A DNA stretch of 64,000 nucleotides from a virus: IMG/VR virus record IMGVR_UViG_3300048587_000983; one strand, given 5' to 3'. The notes below the pieces were generated by a model. That model had not been told where the DNA came from and did not search any database. It worked only from the letters and a program-made list of their open reading frames with translations. How positions within the stretch are numbered: position 1 is the first letter of the stretch; the number at the start of each line of letters is the position of its first letter. The position numbers and the translations under genes were made by a program. Below, piece after piece: positions 44,462 through 53,826 of this stretch.

Positions 44462-44900
44462 CGCCACTTCCTTTGTCCGAAGGGGAAACGACCGGCACGG
44501 CAAACGTGACGAGAATCTCATCCTTCTGCGCATCCACGGTTTCTATTCGGTAGTCCTTGCTGAAACCTGCGAGGGTCTTCTTTAAGCGCCCTAAAAAGTC
44601 CCCCATGTCTGTGCGCCTCTCGGCTGGTGCCTCCAGCGGGGGAGACAGGCCAAGCGTGGAGTATTCGTAGGCTTTAAGGTGCAAAGGATCGAAACTATGA
44701 ATGCCTTTTTTGCTTCTGTGGATCACTATGGTGTCGAGCGGCGAATAGCATGGTTCGGAAGGATCAATCTTTCTAATTTTACGAAACCTGTAGGCCTCCC
44801 ACAGTCCGGTGGAGCAGTTGGCCCAGCCCCCGCTTTCCAGAATAAACTCCGCAAAACGCTCGGCCGCCTCCTTGCTGATCTGCACAAAGCCCATTAGCAA
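44448..44900 (-). CDS. Hypothetical protein
   Basis: 150 aa in minus chain. Confidence 0.55.
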   Translation of the reverse strand: MLMGFVQISKEAAERFAEFILESGGWANCSTGLWEAYRFRKIRKIDPSEPCYSPLDTIVIHRSKKGIHSFDPLHLKAYEYSTLGLSPPLEAPAERRTDMGDFLGRLKKTLAGFSKDYRIETVDAQKDEILVTFAVPVVSPSDKGSGDECR

Positions 44901-45199
44901 GGACCCCCCTTGTAGCGCACATGAAACGCAAAAGCCGACCAGGCGTCAAAGAGTGGTCGAAACTCGTTGCGGATCGTGCAGCTCCCGTCATCCTCCTTTT
45001 GGACAACAAGGTCCATCCGGGGAATACCGGCCTTGTTCTCAGGATTCATGACGCGAATCAGTCGATGAATGATGGGGTCCTCGACCGGACTCGACGCTGC
45101 CCAGCCTCCAAGGGCCACGAGCCATGCGCAGAAAAGATCGGCGCTTTGCCGTTCGGTGAAGAAGACGGGTTCAGCCAGCTGCATTTTTTCGCTCCACAA
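44894..45199 (-). CDS. Hypothetical protein
   Basis: 101 aa in minus chain. Confidence 0.5.
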   Translation of the reverse strand: MWSEKMQLAEPVFFTERQSADLFCAWLVALGGWAASSPVEDPIIHRLIRVMNPENKAGIPRMDLVVQKEDDGSCTIRNEFRPLFDAWSAFAFHVRYKGGPC

Positions 45200-45467
45200 T
45201 ATGACTTCTTATGTCAAGGCCGCAAAAGGGGCAGAAGTTGGCGACGATGCCCTTTTTCTGAAACTCCCCGAGCTTGATTCGGATAAAAGACATCGACATC
45301 TCACCCGTCTGAAGGTTCATATATGTATCGAGGAAAAACCCTTTCCCCCTGGGTGAGCCTGGAGCCTGTTCCACGATTCGGCTGAGGCCCGCGCACGGCC
45401 TTAAAAAGCTGCCTTCTATTTTGCAGGGGTAGTGCCCCTTCAGATCCTCGACTATGACTTTTGCCAT
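45171..45467 (-). CDS. Hypothetical protein with C-terminal CPFCG
   Basis: 98 aa. Confidence 0.55.
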   Translation of the reverse strand: MAKVIVEDLKGHYPCKIEGSFLRPCAGLSRIVEQAPGSPRGKGFFLDTYMNLQTGEMSMSFIRIKLGEFQKKGIVANFCPFCGLDIRSHIVERKNAAG

Positions 45468-45772
45468 TTTTTTCGATGCTCCCTTAGGGCTAGTTCCCTT
45501 GCCGCCTCTTCAATTCGTGCTGGTATCTGGAGTGCCTTTAATGGTTGAAACAGCTCCTCACGCAAAAGTCTACTCTTTTGCGCAGAGAGCCTCAGCTCCT
45601 CGCCAGCGCGCGGCAGCGCAATACCTTCGGGAGTCCTTGCCTGACAGATTTTTTGCTCATATTCCTCAAGCTGGTCATAATAGGACAGCCAGGCCTGAAA
45701 AGCTTTTTTAAAATTCGGGTCCGGTCGGTTGCATACACCTAAATGCCGTCCTCCAGCCATTTCCTCTTTCAT
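45452..45772 (-). CDS. Hypothetical helical protein
   Basis: 106 aa from ATG 45772. Confidence 0.5.
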   Translation of the reverse strand: MKEEMAGGRHLGVCNRPDPNFKKAFQAWLSYYDQLEEYEQKICQARTPEGIALPRAGEELRLSAQKSRLLREELFQPLKALQIPARIEEAARELALREHRKKWQKS

Positions 45773-45889
45773 GTCCTCACTCTCCCTCTGCAGATTTCTT
45801 CCCCAATTCTTACCAAATTTGACCAACATGCAGACACTCCTAATTGGGCCCCCGTCAGCCGATACCTCGTGATCATCAGAGGAGGGCGT

Positions 45890-46609
45890 ATGCTCGATAT
45901 CATCATCTCGATCCAAAGCGAAGACATCACCAATGCCCAGGCGAAACGGGTGGTTTCAGCCCTCAATACGCAGCTGAAGGACCATTTCGGGCCTGCCTGG
46001 CACATTGTTGCCAAAAGCCGCCTCGTCATGGGCCCCGTGGACCCCTTGGCAACGCCCGCCGGCGCCGTGCTCGTCGTGGCCGATGAAGCGCACATCGAGG
46101 GGGCTCTCGGTTATCATGATCGGATAGTGGAAACCGGGCTCCCAATTGGCTTTGTTTTCGAGGATATATGTCGCGAACTGGGCGAACCCTGGTCGGTGAC
46201 TTTGAGCCACGAGCTTTTGGAGCTCTGCCTGAACTCGATGATCAACGACTATTGCGTGGGGCCGCACCCAACGGACAGGAAAAGAAACGTCTGGCACTGG
46301 AAGGAAGCCTGCGACGCCGTGCAGGACCAGACCTATACCATCCGTAATGTTGAGGTCTCCGACTTTGTTCTGCCTCATTTTTTTACGCCGGAGCGGGAAA
46401 ATAACGAGAAAGTAAATTTTCTCGAAACCTCTGGGCTTCGTAGCTTTGACGTCACCGCCGGAGGCTACCTTGGCTTCTTCGATCCAAAGATAGGCCGTGA
46501 GACGACCTACTTCAAATCCGAAATCGGAAAAAAGCGCTCCGCCATCAAGCAAAAGATGAAGCAGCTTCGTAGAAAGGAAAAGGTTGCCAGTCTTTTGAAG
46601 AAGATCTAG
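45890..46609 (+). CDS. Zincin-like metallopeptidase-family protein
   Basis: ALGYH...GFVF...WSVTLSHELLE...EACDAVQ pattern; GGAGG SD. Confidence 0.65.
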   Translation: MLDIIISIQSEDITNAQAKRVVSALNTQLKDHFGPAWHIVAKSRLVMGPVDPLATPAGAVLVVADEAHIEGALGYHDRIVETGLPIGFVFEDICRELGEPWSVTLSHELLELCLNSMINDYCVGPHPTDRKRNVWHWKEACDAVQDQTYTIRNVEVSDFVLPHFFTPERENNEKVNFLETSGLRSFDVTAGGYLGFFDPKIGRETTYFKSEIGKKRSAIKQKMKQLRRKEKVASLLKKI

Positions 46610-46956
46610 TCCGCTGCGTCGAGCGGCAGATGGTCGGCTGGACCGGGAAGCCTGCGAAGGATCTCAAAAGTCACAACGCAGCGATCAACGTCGTCGTCAC
46701 AGTCGGAGATGAGCGTGCACGAGGGCTGGGTCCGGTCGATTGTTCTGCACCGCACGAGTCTTGAATCGTCAAGGACAATGTTCATGTAGACCCCGGAGAG
46801 AGGCGGTCGTGGCGAGCTTTCCGGCGGTTTTCTCGTGATAAAAAACTCGGCGAGATAAAGAAAACCCGTTATCGCGCAGATCAGGACCGCCGCCTTGAAG
46901 AGGGGGATGGTTGCAGATATGAGGGCTTCAAAGGCTGCCGGCGCAGCTTCACGCAT
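46606..46956 (-). CDS. Possible membrane-anchored protein
   Basis: N-terminal TM; divergent from SNase gene with only 16 bp between starts. Confidence 0.35.
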   Translation of the reverse strand: MREAAPAAFEALISATIPLFKAAVLICAITGFLYLAEFFITRKPPESSPRPPLSGVYMNIVLDDSRLVRCRTIDRTQPSCTLISDCDDDVDRCVVTFEILRRLPGPADHLPLDAAD

Positions 46957-46972
46957 CCAGGAGAAAAGTGTG

Positions 46973-47437
46973 ATGAGTCTTTTCAAAATAAGCACTCCGT
47001 TTCTTGTCCGGGTCACGATTGCTCTGGTGCTTGTCATTGTCAGCGCCATAGCCCTCGGCTCGGATTTTACTGATGTGGAATACCTAAAAAATTACGACGG
47101 CGACACGCTTACGGTCAATATCAAGGATTTGCCGGACGTCTTCGGCAAGGAGATTCCCGTGAGGATTCGCGGCGTTGACACGCCCGAGATGAATGCCTCA
47201 AGAAACTGTGAGCGCAAGGCCGCGGACGACGCCCGCCGCTTCCTTAGGCGCGCCCTCTCGGGCACCAAAATAAGGCTGCTCGGGTGCGAGAGGGACAAGT
47301 ATTTCAGACTCCTCTGCACCGTAAAAGCAGGTGAGGTGGATATAGGGGAGAGAATTCTCAAAGGAAGGTGGGGTATAGCATACGATGGGGGGACCAAGGC
47401 CGACTGGTACTGTGGCAACCCCGAAAAGCAGGACTAG
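46973..47437 (+). CDS. Membrane-anchored/secreted staphylococcal-nuclease (SNase/thermonuclease) homolog
   Basis: YDGDT, VRIRGVDTPE, DKYFRLL motifs after a hydrophobic leader; AGGAG SD. Confidence 0.9.
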   Translation: MSLFKISTPFLVRVTIALVLVIVSAIALGSDFTDVEYLKNYDGDTLTVNIKDLPDVFGKEIPVRIRGVDTPEMNASRNCERKAADDARRFLRRALSGTKIRLLGCERDKYFRLLCTVKAGEVDIGERILKGRWGIAYDGGTKADWYCGNPEKQD

Positions 47438-47498
47438 ATTATAACCCGTCCTGCCGCGTAACTGTAAAAGGTTACGCATAAATCAGAATCGGCAGGTT

Positions 47499-47933
47499 TC
47501 ACACCGAGCGCCTCCCCTTGTCAAAGCCAGAGAACTCGGGCAGTGGCCAGCCTTCAAGGCAATGCCAAAGATGAAGGCAGTAGCTATGGATGTTCACAAA
47601 ACGGTCCTCGGGCGGAAAGACCATGGCCGCATACTTGTCTTTTCCAATGAACCTCTCTTTGACGAGCTTGATTTCATCGTAGCTCGGAAGCCTCTTCTGG
47701 TGGGCCAGCGAAACGTGAAGCCAGGGTTTCATGTCCTCTTCAATGCAGACCGAGGAGATGACGGTGAGAGGGTAGAGGTAGTGCTGCCAGCGGAGCCCAT
47801 CGATGCGCCGCCCGGTTTCCTGAAAAACCCCCTGAAGGCCGCTCGTGTGAGCGATGACTATGTCGAGCGCGTTAATGGGAATCGCCCTCATTGTTGTCAC
47901 GTTGCTCATGTCGTGCGGCAGTTCTGTTTCCAT
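47499..47933 (-). CDS. Conserved phage protein (WxHVS...LP...K..F...PP...VN.H...LHLW family)
   Basis: PWLHVSLAHQKRLPSYDEIKLVK...FPPEDRFVNIHSYCLHLW. Confidence 0.7.
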   Translation of the reverse strand: METELPHDMSNVTTMRAIPINALDIVIAHTSGLQGVFQETGRRIDGLRWQHYLYPLTVISSVCIEEDMKPWLHVSLAHQKRLPSYDEIKLVKERFIGKDKYAAMVFPPEDRFVNIHSYCLHLWHCLEGWPLPEFSGFDKGRRSV

Positions 47934-48123
47934 GGACTTTAACCTTTCCTTTAGAAGAGTCAGCTCGGACCTGTTTTTCGAGCATTGTAATCATTTCGTC
48001 GAGCATTACAAGATCGGGGTCCTCCGCCTTCGGTGCTTCCGGTTTTGAGGGAGTGGGCAGGGGCCTTTCATCGGCACAGGCCGTCAAAGCACAAAAGGCG
48101 GGAACCAGCAAAAAAGCTCGCAC
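47872..48123 (-). CDS. Small lipoprotein
   Basis: MRAFLLVPAFCALTAC lipobox. Confidence 0.6.
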   Translation of the reverse strand: MRAFLLVPAFCALTACADERPLPTPSKPEAPKAEDPDLVMLDEMITMLEKQVRADSSKGKVKVHGNRTAARHEQRDNNEGDSH

Positions 48124-48140
48124 GCGGTATTTACCTCGTT

Positions 48141-48175
48141 AAAAAAAAAGAAGGCCTGGGGTTTCCCCCAAGCCT
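48141..48175 (-). terminator. Rho-independent terminator
   Basis: AGGCTTGGGG-GAAA-CCCCAGGCCT then TCTTTTTTTTT on the minus strand. Confidence 0.85.
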
Positions 48176-48209
48176 AATGAACGAGGCCTCGCTACGCAAC
48201 AGTTATCCG

Positions 48210-48566
48210 TTATGGAGCTGTGCGCACGATATTCTTGATGACCATTTTCCCTGCCACATGCATGAGCTCAAAGCTCTCGACGCCACGCGACATGCTCTCA
48301 AGGATGAAAGGAGGGGTGAGGCCGTTGGCCGGGTCGGTCGGCTGCGAGCGCAAAGAAAAGGTGCCGGCCCCTGTGCCAGGATAATCCTTGCCAGGACCCT
48401 CCGTGGAGCCTCCGCCCCACTTGATGCACTCCGTTTCCCATGCGATGCAGGTGCCGTACTCATCCTTTTCGGTGCAGCGGTATTTCCACTGCAGACAATG
48501 CCCCGGGCCTTGAGCCAGTGCGTTACCAGCCAGAAGGGCTGCTGCGACTGAGATCAAAAACTTCAT
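48210..48566 (-). CDS. Secreted Cys/Trp-rich protein
   Basis: Signal MKFLISVAAALLAGNALA; CLQW..C...CIAW..CIKW. Confidence 0.65.
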   Translation of the reverse strand: MKFLISVAAALLAGNALAQGPGHCLQWKYRCTEKDEYGTCIAWETECIKWGGGSTEGPGKDYPGTGAGTFSLRSQPTDPANGLTPPFILESMSRGVESFELMHVAGKMVIKNIVRTAP

Positions 48567-48569
48567 ACG

Positions 48570-49124
48570 TTATCTCCTTAGTGAACTCCGGACACCCTGT
48601 CCAGAGGAATTCGATTTGTTCTCAGGATAGGCTAGCCAGGCTATCCCGAAGGTGTAGGCGACGAGCCATAGTCCAAAGCTCAAGGCTGCAGGCTGCTGAC
48701 CTCGCTCAAAGGTCGCCTGAAGCGAGAGAAGGCCCGTGCGCGTCCAGCCGGCAATCTCGGGATCGCTCACGTTAGCCGGATTCACGACCATGAGCTTGAA
48801 CTGAAGGACCCACCAGCACGTCAGTACAAGGCAGATTGTTGCGAGAAACATCGCCATGCGGAGCCACGGCCTTTCGGTCACAACAAGGTTTCTGAATGCC
48901 ACCGAAAAGGCTATGCCTGCTGAGAATTTGAAGCCGAGGATGGGCGCCACGATTGGCGAGACAGACCCCTTTTGAAGAATCTCAACCCCGTTCATGGTCA
49001 GCCTGGGCGGAAGGCCGGGCTGAAGTCTGAGGATGGCATCCATCAGATGAGAGGCATTGAGCCACACCATCGAAACGGCGAGCGTAAGCAGGGCCCAAAG
49101 AGCAAGCGAGCTTTTATCTTTCAT
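48570..49124 (-). CDS. Four-TM integral membrane protein
   Basis: Four hydrophobic segments; coupled to upstream gene. Confidence 0.65.
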   Translation of the reverse strand: MKDKSSLALWALLTLAVSMVWLNASHLMDAILRLQPGLPPRLTMNGVEILQKGSVSPIVAPILGFKFSAGIAFSVAFRNLVVTERPWLRMAMFLATICLVLTCWWVLQFKLMVVNPANVSDPEIAGWTRTGLLSLQATFERGQQPAALSFGLWLVAYTFGIAWLAYPENKSNSSGQGVRSSLRR

Positions 49125-49789
49125 AATTTCCTTCCATCATTGTTTGACGGCTTGTGCTCTGCGCCGACAATCCGCGTAAGCCGGCCGACCTGAGTGGCAG
49201 CGAGACAGCCCGATTTTGAACGATCGTTGGTCTGATAGGCCATTCCAATTTGCTGGCCGTTGAGATTATTGCGAAGATCCATAAGTTTTTCCATGGGGGG
49301 ATTTCCCGGGTATTCCTCGTGAGCCTTGGTCCAGCTGTGAGTCCAGCTTCTCTCGATGTTGATCGTCATAAGAGCGTTCCAATAGCAGTGGCGGAAGGCG
49401 TCGGCATTGCCGTTATGAAAGCCGCTTGTCCAGTTGTCTTCGGTGGCGAGGGAGGCCGTGTAGCCGTAGCGAATGGCCATCACGCCACGCGAAGGGCTCT
49501 CGTTGAAGAGCCTTCTCTCGTCGGCGGTGAGGTTCAACCGGCCTTTGATGAACTCGATATCGGAGGCGTTGAGCGCATCAATAATCGAGGCGTAGTCGTA
49601 ATCGTCAGCGTTTTCTGTCCGGCTTTGAACCGAGAAGAAAAGGTCGTGGTCAATTTCCTCCCAGCTCTTCTCCGGGTGAGCCTCACGGTAGGACTCGACA
49701 TACTCTATGAGATCGTCCATACCATCGGCAAAAGCGTTTGGGGCGAGTGGTGCAAGGAAAGCCGCTGCCAGAAATCCGAAAACCTTCAT
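49121..49789 (-). CDS. Secreted DUF6973-like protein
   Basis: Signal peptide; ADAFRHCYWNALM...AHE...MDLRNNLNG motifs. Confidence 0.75.
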   Translation of the reverse strand: MKVFGFLAAAFLAPLAPNAFADGMDDLIEYVESYREAHPEKSWEEIDHDLFFSVQSRTENADDYDYASIIDALNASDIEFIKGRLNLTADERRLFNESPSRGVMAIRYGYTASLATEDNWTSGFHNGNADAFRHCYWNALMTINIERSWTHSWTKAHEEYPGNPPMEKLMDLRNNLNGQQIGMAYQTNDRSKSGCLAATQVGRLTRIVGAEHKPSNNDGRKL

Positions 49790-49886
49790 GAAAATTCCTT
49801 TGTGAAGGGTGAATGAAAAATAGCGTCCTACGGGGTTTTCCGTAAGACGCCATGTTATTTCCATCGAGAGAATGATGGGAGTGAAT

Positions 49887-50150
49887 CTAATTGTCAGGCC
49901 GAGAAAGATTGGCCGCCGTGGGCGGTTTTTCACCTCTTTCGGCTATCCGTCGCTGGCGATTGTACTTGATGCGCAGACAGATCCCCAAGGGAAGAAAGAT
50001 GGTGACCCCGGCTGCGTCGATCGCTGCCATGAACCACTGTCCAAAGAAAACGTCGATGGCGAGGAACATTCCAAAAGCGGCGGCGAGGGAAAGGCAGAAC
50101 GTGCCAGAATCCCCGGCCCATATAAAGAGGCTTTTCAACCATTCAGCCAT
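49887..50150 (-). CDS. Two-TM membrane protein
   Basis: Two hydrophobic helices, basic tail. Confidence 0.55.
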   Translation of the reverse strand: MAEWLKSLFIWAGDSGTFCLSLAAAFGMFLAIDVFFGQWFMAAIDAAGVTIFLPLGICLRIKYNRQRRIAERGEKPPTAANLSRPDN

Positions 50151-50968
50151 TTCCGACCCCCCTCGTATTTTTTATCCACGTAGCTCTTATGGGCCTCAGC
50201 CATATCAATCATCCACCAGCGACCCTCCACATCCTGAAGGAAGTCGATCGACCAGGCCCCTGGAATGGCGGTTGTGATCGATTCGGCCAGCCCTGCGAGG
50301 TAGCGAACCTCGTCCTCGGTCTCGGCGTTTAAAACCTCAAGCGCGGCGTCGATGGAGGGGTATTCCAGAGTGTCCACTTCGGCCCAGTCCGGGAACGCCT
50401 CGCGTGGCCAGTAGGGCTGGTGCCAGCTCACCTTTCCGTTTTCAGCAAAGTAGCGGCGCTCCTTGGTCACAGGCATCTTACCCTCAAAGAGCATGTGAGT
50501 CTTGGTTGGAATGAGGCGGCGAACCACCATGAAGTTGGTGTCTTCTGTGCCCATGCCTCCGACGCAAGCCCAGTTGTAGACGATGTTGTAGACTGCCTCC
50601 CTCACGTTTTCCTTTTTCTCGACGTAACAGCTCCAGTTATGCTTGTCCGAAAAAAGTCCCGTCTTGACAAAGCAGGGATAGCCAAAGAGGTCGCACATTT
50701 CCTCCACTTTGCTTATTCCACGATCCACGGCTTTTTGCGTGACCTCATCGAGCTTTTCGTTTTCAGCAACGCTTAGAATTGCGAGCTGAAGCTCGTAGGG
50801 AAACTCCACCAGCGCAGTCGGGGGCACCGGAATGTCCGCCGGCAAAAGCGGAAACCAATAGCTCTGGCAGGTCTTATTCTCTTTGATGTTCTGAAGGTGC
50901 CTGCGGCGATGCTCCGCTCTCTCCTCCTCGGTCGGCAGCCTTATTTCCGGTATCGACGCTTCGCTCAT
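50135..50968 (-). CDS. ATP-grasp protein, R2K/Cdc123-like
   Basis: PCFVKTGLFSDKH, ERRYF, WSIDF, WWMIDM; AAGGAG SD. Confidence 0.6.
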   Translation of the reverse strand: MSEASIPEIRLPTEEERAEHRRRHLQNIKENKTCQSYWFPLLPADIPVPPTALVEFPYELQLAILSVAENEKLDEVTQKAVDRGISKVEEMCDLFGYPCFVKTGLFSDKHNWSCYVEKKENVREAVYNIVYNWACVGGMGTEDTNFMVVRRLIPTKTHMLFEGKMPVTKERRYFAENGKVSWHQPYWPREAFPDWAEVDTLEYPSIDAALEVLNAETEDEVRYLAGLAESITTAIPGAWSIDFLQDVEGRWWMIDMAEAHKSYVDKKYEGGRKWLNG

Positions 50969-51332
50969 CATGCGCTCCTTTAGGTTTTGGTGCTGTGGAC
51001 GAAAAGATATCCCGAACGAGTTTTTCTTTCCACTGGTCATAGCCTGGGTGCAGGCGCACCGGAATAAACTCTTTCGGGAAGTTCAGGACAGGCATGATCT
51101 TCCGGTAGACCTGCCTCGCATCGAGAAGCGTCCCTTCGGGGATGAGTTCCGCGTCCTTCGCGGCATCGTGTTCTCGTTTCATACACATCTCACATAGGTT
51201 CCAGAAGGTTTTTTTGGAATCTCCCGGACGCCCGCACGGGCACTCCTGGAGAATGGTAAAACATTCCGGGCAGACGGCCCGAAAATGCTCAAATACCGTT
51301 TTGACAAGAGGCGGTGAAAACATGGCTCTCAC
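50874..51332 (-). CDS. Zn-binding hypothetical protein
   Basis: CPEC, CPC, CEMC. Confidence 0.5.
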   Translation of the reverse strand: MRAMFSPPLVKTVFEHFRAVCPECFTILQECPCGRPGDSKKTFWNLCEMCMKREHDAAKDAELIPEGTLLDARQVYRKIMPVLNFPKEFIPVRLHPGYDQWKEKLVRDIFSSTAPKPKGAHDERSVDTGNKAADRGGESGASPQAPSEHQRE

Positions 51333-51646
51333 TTTTGAAGCGGGTTTTCATGGATGGTGTGTTGAGCGCTAGCGGCTCGCAGCTCCTTGACCGCAATCCA
51401 GCACTGGCAGAGGTAAAGGCCGAGGTGGATCGGTGGGCACTCTCCCGCGTCGTTTCTCCACCAGCTGTTGTGCCCGCAGAAGGTCTGGGGCTTGCCGGCA
51501 AAAAAGACAAAGAAGCGTTCGCGGACCGTGATCATCCAAAGCCCTTTGGGAAGAGGGCTTGCCGCGAGGAACTCGTAGGTGCGGAACAGAGCCTCGATAC
51601 CGTTGTCATATCTGATTTTCAGACCGGTTATCGTCTCAGTGCGCAT
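51329..51646 (-). CDS. Hypothetical protein
   Basis: 105 aa, coupled. Confidence 0.45.
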   Translation of the reverse strand: MRTETITGLKIRYDNGIEALFRTYEFLAASPLPKGLWMITVRERFFVFFAGKPQTFCGHNSWWRNDAGECPPIHLGLYLCQCWIAVKELRAASAQHTIHENPLQK

Positions 51647-51866
51647 GGCTTTTGTCCACAAGGATCTCTCCAAAAACGCCGTGTTCGTTTAGCTGCAGGG
51701 TGCCGCCGATCTCCTTATATTCCTCAAGGCTTATCTCAACGACGTGCCCATTTCGTATGACCAGCGCTCCGCGGACAGGGGCTGCACAGGGGCGCAGATC
51801 CTCAGAGCTAAGGTCTTCTGAATATACCGGGAGGGGCCTTGCCCCTTTCCTGAACTCGTTTGCCAT
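51636..51866 (-). CDS. Hypothetical protein
   Basis: 76 aa. Confidence 0.45.
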   Translation of the reverse strand: MANEFRKGARPLPVYSEDLSSEDLRPCAAPVRGALVIRNGHVVEISLEEYKEIGGTLQLNEHGVFGEILVDKSHAH

Positions 51867-52254
51867 CGACCATCCTTTCGTATACGGCCTCGCCTTCCTT
51901 AAGATCGGAGGGCACAGCCTCTTTGCGCAGCGTGTTGTTGATAAGATCAATTCCGTGCTTGGCGGACTCCACGTAGAAAAGAACAACATTGTAGGCGGAG
52001 TGCTCGCCCATGTCGATTTTTGTGTAGCCGCCTTTTTTCCAGGCCTGCAAAACCCCCTCGCTGATGCTGATCAGCATGCACTTGCGGTCATCAACGGCCA
52101 CGGCCTCGCCGTTTGCCGTGACCTGAATGTCTGTGTCAATCTCCAGCTCTTCCTTTGAGATATAGACAGGGCCGATCTCTCTCAACCCTCTCAGATTTTC
52201 TGGAGTGAAGCCGAGGATAACGATATCCCTCATTTTCCCTTTGATCATGAGCAA
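51808..52254 (-). CDS. Hypothetical protein
   Basis: 148 aa. Confidence 0.55.
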   Translation of the reverse strand: MLMIKGKMRDIVILGFTPENLRGLREIGPVYISKEELEIDTDIQVTANGEAVAVDDRKCMLISISEGVLQAWKKGGYTKIDMGEHSAYNVVLFYVESAKHGIDLINNTLRKEAVPSDLKEGEAVYERMVDGKRVQERGKAPPGIFRRP

Positions 52255-52338
52255 ATCCTGTGGTTTTATGATGCCCTTGCACGTGATAAAAGTCTGAAAA
52301 TCCTTTTGATGGCCCGGAAAACTACCTGCCGGGCTTTT

Positions 52339-52800
52339 TCATATCCAGTTCTCAACGACCGTCGGCGGGTCGCTTTCATCCTTTGGAATTTTCACCAGGG
52401 GCCCAAATGTGTCCTCCATCGCGGCAATGACAGCCTCGTATTCGCCGTAAACGACCCAGCCCGTCCTCACAGCGGTCCCTGAGCCCGCATGAAACTCGAC
52501 CGCAGCAAACTCCTTTTCGTTCTGCGGGTTACTGTAGATGGTCACGATACGAAGCGGCGCCTTTTCCATGCTACTTAGCACTTTTTCAGATGGCGCCATC
52601 ACCCTCTCGTAGACAGAGCGGATGAATTTTTCCTTATCCTCTCCGAGGTCTTGCGAGGAGAGAAGCACTTCCATACACTTGACCCAGAGGATATAGGTCT
52701 GGCCTGTGTCGGGCTCGTCGCCCTCAAGGTTCAGCCTGTAGCGTCCGTCGCCATTGTCTTTAAACGTGAAGGTAACCCTCGTCTCTTTGATTTCTGTCAT
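52339..52800 (-). CDS. Hypothetical protein
   Basis: 153 aa, GGAGAGG SD. Confidence 0.6.
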   Translation of the reverse strand: MTEIKETRVTFTFKDNGDGRYRLNLEGDEPDTGQTYILWVKCMEVLLSSQDLGEDKEKFIRSVYERVMAPSEKVLSSMEKAPLRIVTIYSNPQNEKEFAAVEFHAGSGTAVRTGWVVYGEYEAVIAAMEDTFGPLVKIPKDESDPPTVVENWI

Positions 52801-52990
52801 GACCTCTCCGTTGCTATTCAGAATGTGATACCAGGACTCTTAATCCCAGGGCACAGGTTTTTTGGCGAGAAACGAAAAAAGCGCATCGTCCAAAAGGGCG
52901 CTGCGCTTCGTCGATATATGGAACCAGGTTCCGGATGATTCTTTCTGAAAGGTATCCTGCCTTAAAACTGCCGCCGTGTCTTCTCTTTCT

Positions 52991-53359
52991 TCAGGGGATA
53001 TCCGTATTGACGACGACATACGGCATTCCGCCAGGAAGCAGATGCCAGCTGTCACGCTTCATACAGAATTCCAGCATGTTGACCGCAAGACCAAGGCACA
53101 TAAGGTCCTCGCACCTGTTATGCTCACCCCACTGTCTGCCTTCCCTGTCTTCACAGAGGGCGAGAAACGACCAACCTTCACCTTTACCCTTATGAAATGT
53201 GTCAGGCAGCTGCCGCAAAAGCTCCCGTATCGCCTCTTTCTTCTCCAAAAGACGACCAGGGTGAAAGCCGAATTTCCGGATAACCCCTTCGACGATAACG
53301 GCGTCCGGAGGCGGCTTATGGTCGGGAACCTCTTCGTCACTGTAGAGGACGTGATTCAT
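52991..53359 (-). CDS. Conserved phage hypothetical protein
   Basis: VEGV...FHP.RL...GWSFL..C.D..G.QW...LPGGMPY family pattern. Confidence 0.65.
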   Translation of the reverse strand: MNHVLYSDEEVPDHKPPPDAVIVEGVIRKFGFHPGRLLEKKEAIRELLRQLPDTFHKGKGEGWSFLALCEDREGRQWGEHNRCEDLMCLGLAVNMLEFCMKRDSWHLLPGGMPYVVVNTDIP

Positions 53360-53372
53360 GATCTCGCGTACA

Positions 53373-53618
53373 TTAGCATCCGTCAGCTGCAAGAGAGCTC
53401 TCCTCGCTTTTATCCCTGTAGATAACCCTGCCTTTGTCGTCAAGGTATTCAATTTTCCAGGTTGGGTGATAGTTGAGAACGTGGGCCTGATCGTCAAGCC
53501 TGATGCGAATATACGGGCCCTGCGTGGACACGATGGTTCCCGGCTTTCCCTTGTAAAGTACCCGGCCGCCACGCTTTGCCGGGACGCCGTAGGTTTTTTG
53601 AATGTACTCAAAACTCAC
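53373..53618 (-). CDS. Conserved small phage protein (SH3-like)
   Basis: YGVPAKRGGRV..G..GTI...IRIRLD...YHPTW. Confidence 0.7.
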   Translation of the reverse strand: MSFEYIQKTYGVPAKRGGRVLYKGKPGTIVSTQGPYIRIRLDDQAHVLNYHPTWKIEYLDDKGRVIYRDKSEESSLAADGC

Positions 53619-53826
53619 AGCCGCTTTTCTCCTTGTCGTAAATTTCCTGAGTTTTCAGAAACTGCGACGCCACGCTTCTTCCCGCACGTTCACGGGCGGC
53701 ATCGCTCGAAAACTTTTTGATAAGCATGGTGGAAAGCCAGACTTTCTCCTGCCGCTCCATGTCGCGCCTGAGTTTGTAGAGCTTTATCTCCCGCGTCACC
53801 CATTGGACGAGCCTTGTTATGAGCAT
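53608..53826 (-). CDS. Small basic hypothetical protein
   Basis: 72 aa, coupled. Confidence 0.45.
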   Translation of the reverse strand: MLITRLVQWVTREIKLYKLRRDMERQEKVWLSTMLIKKFSSDAARERAGRSVASQFLKTQEIYDKEKSGCEF

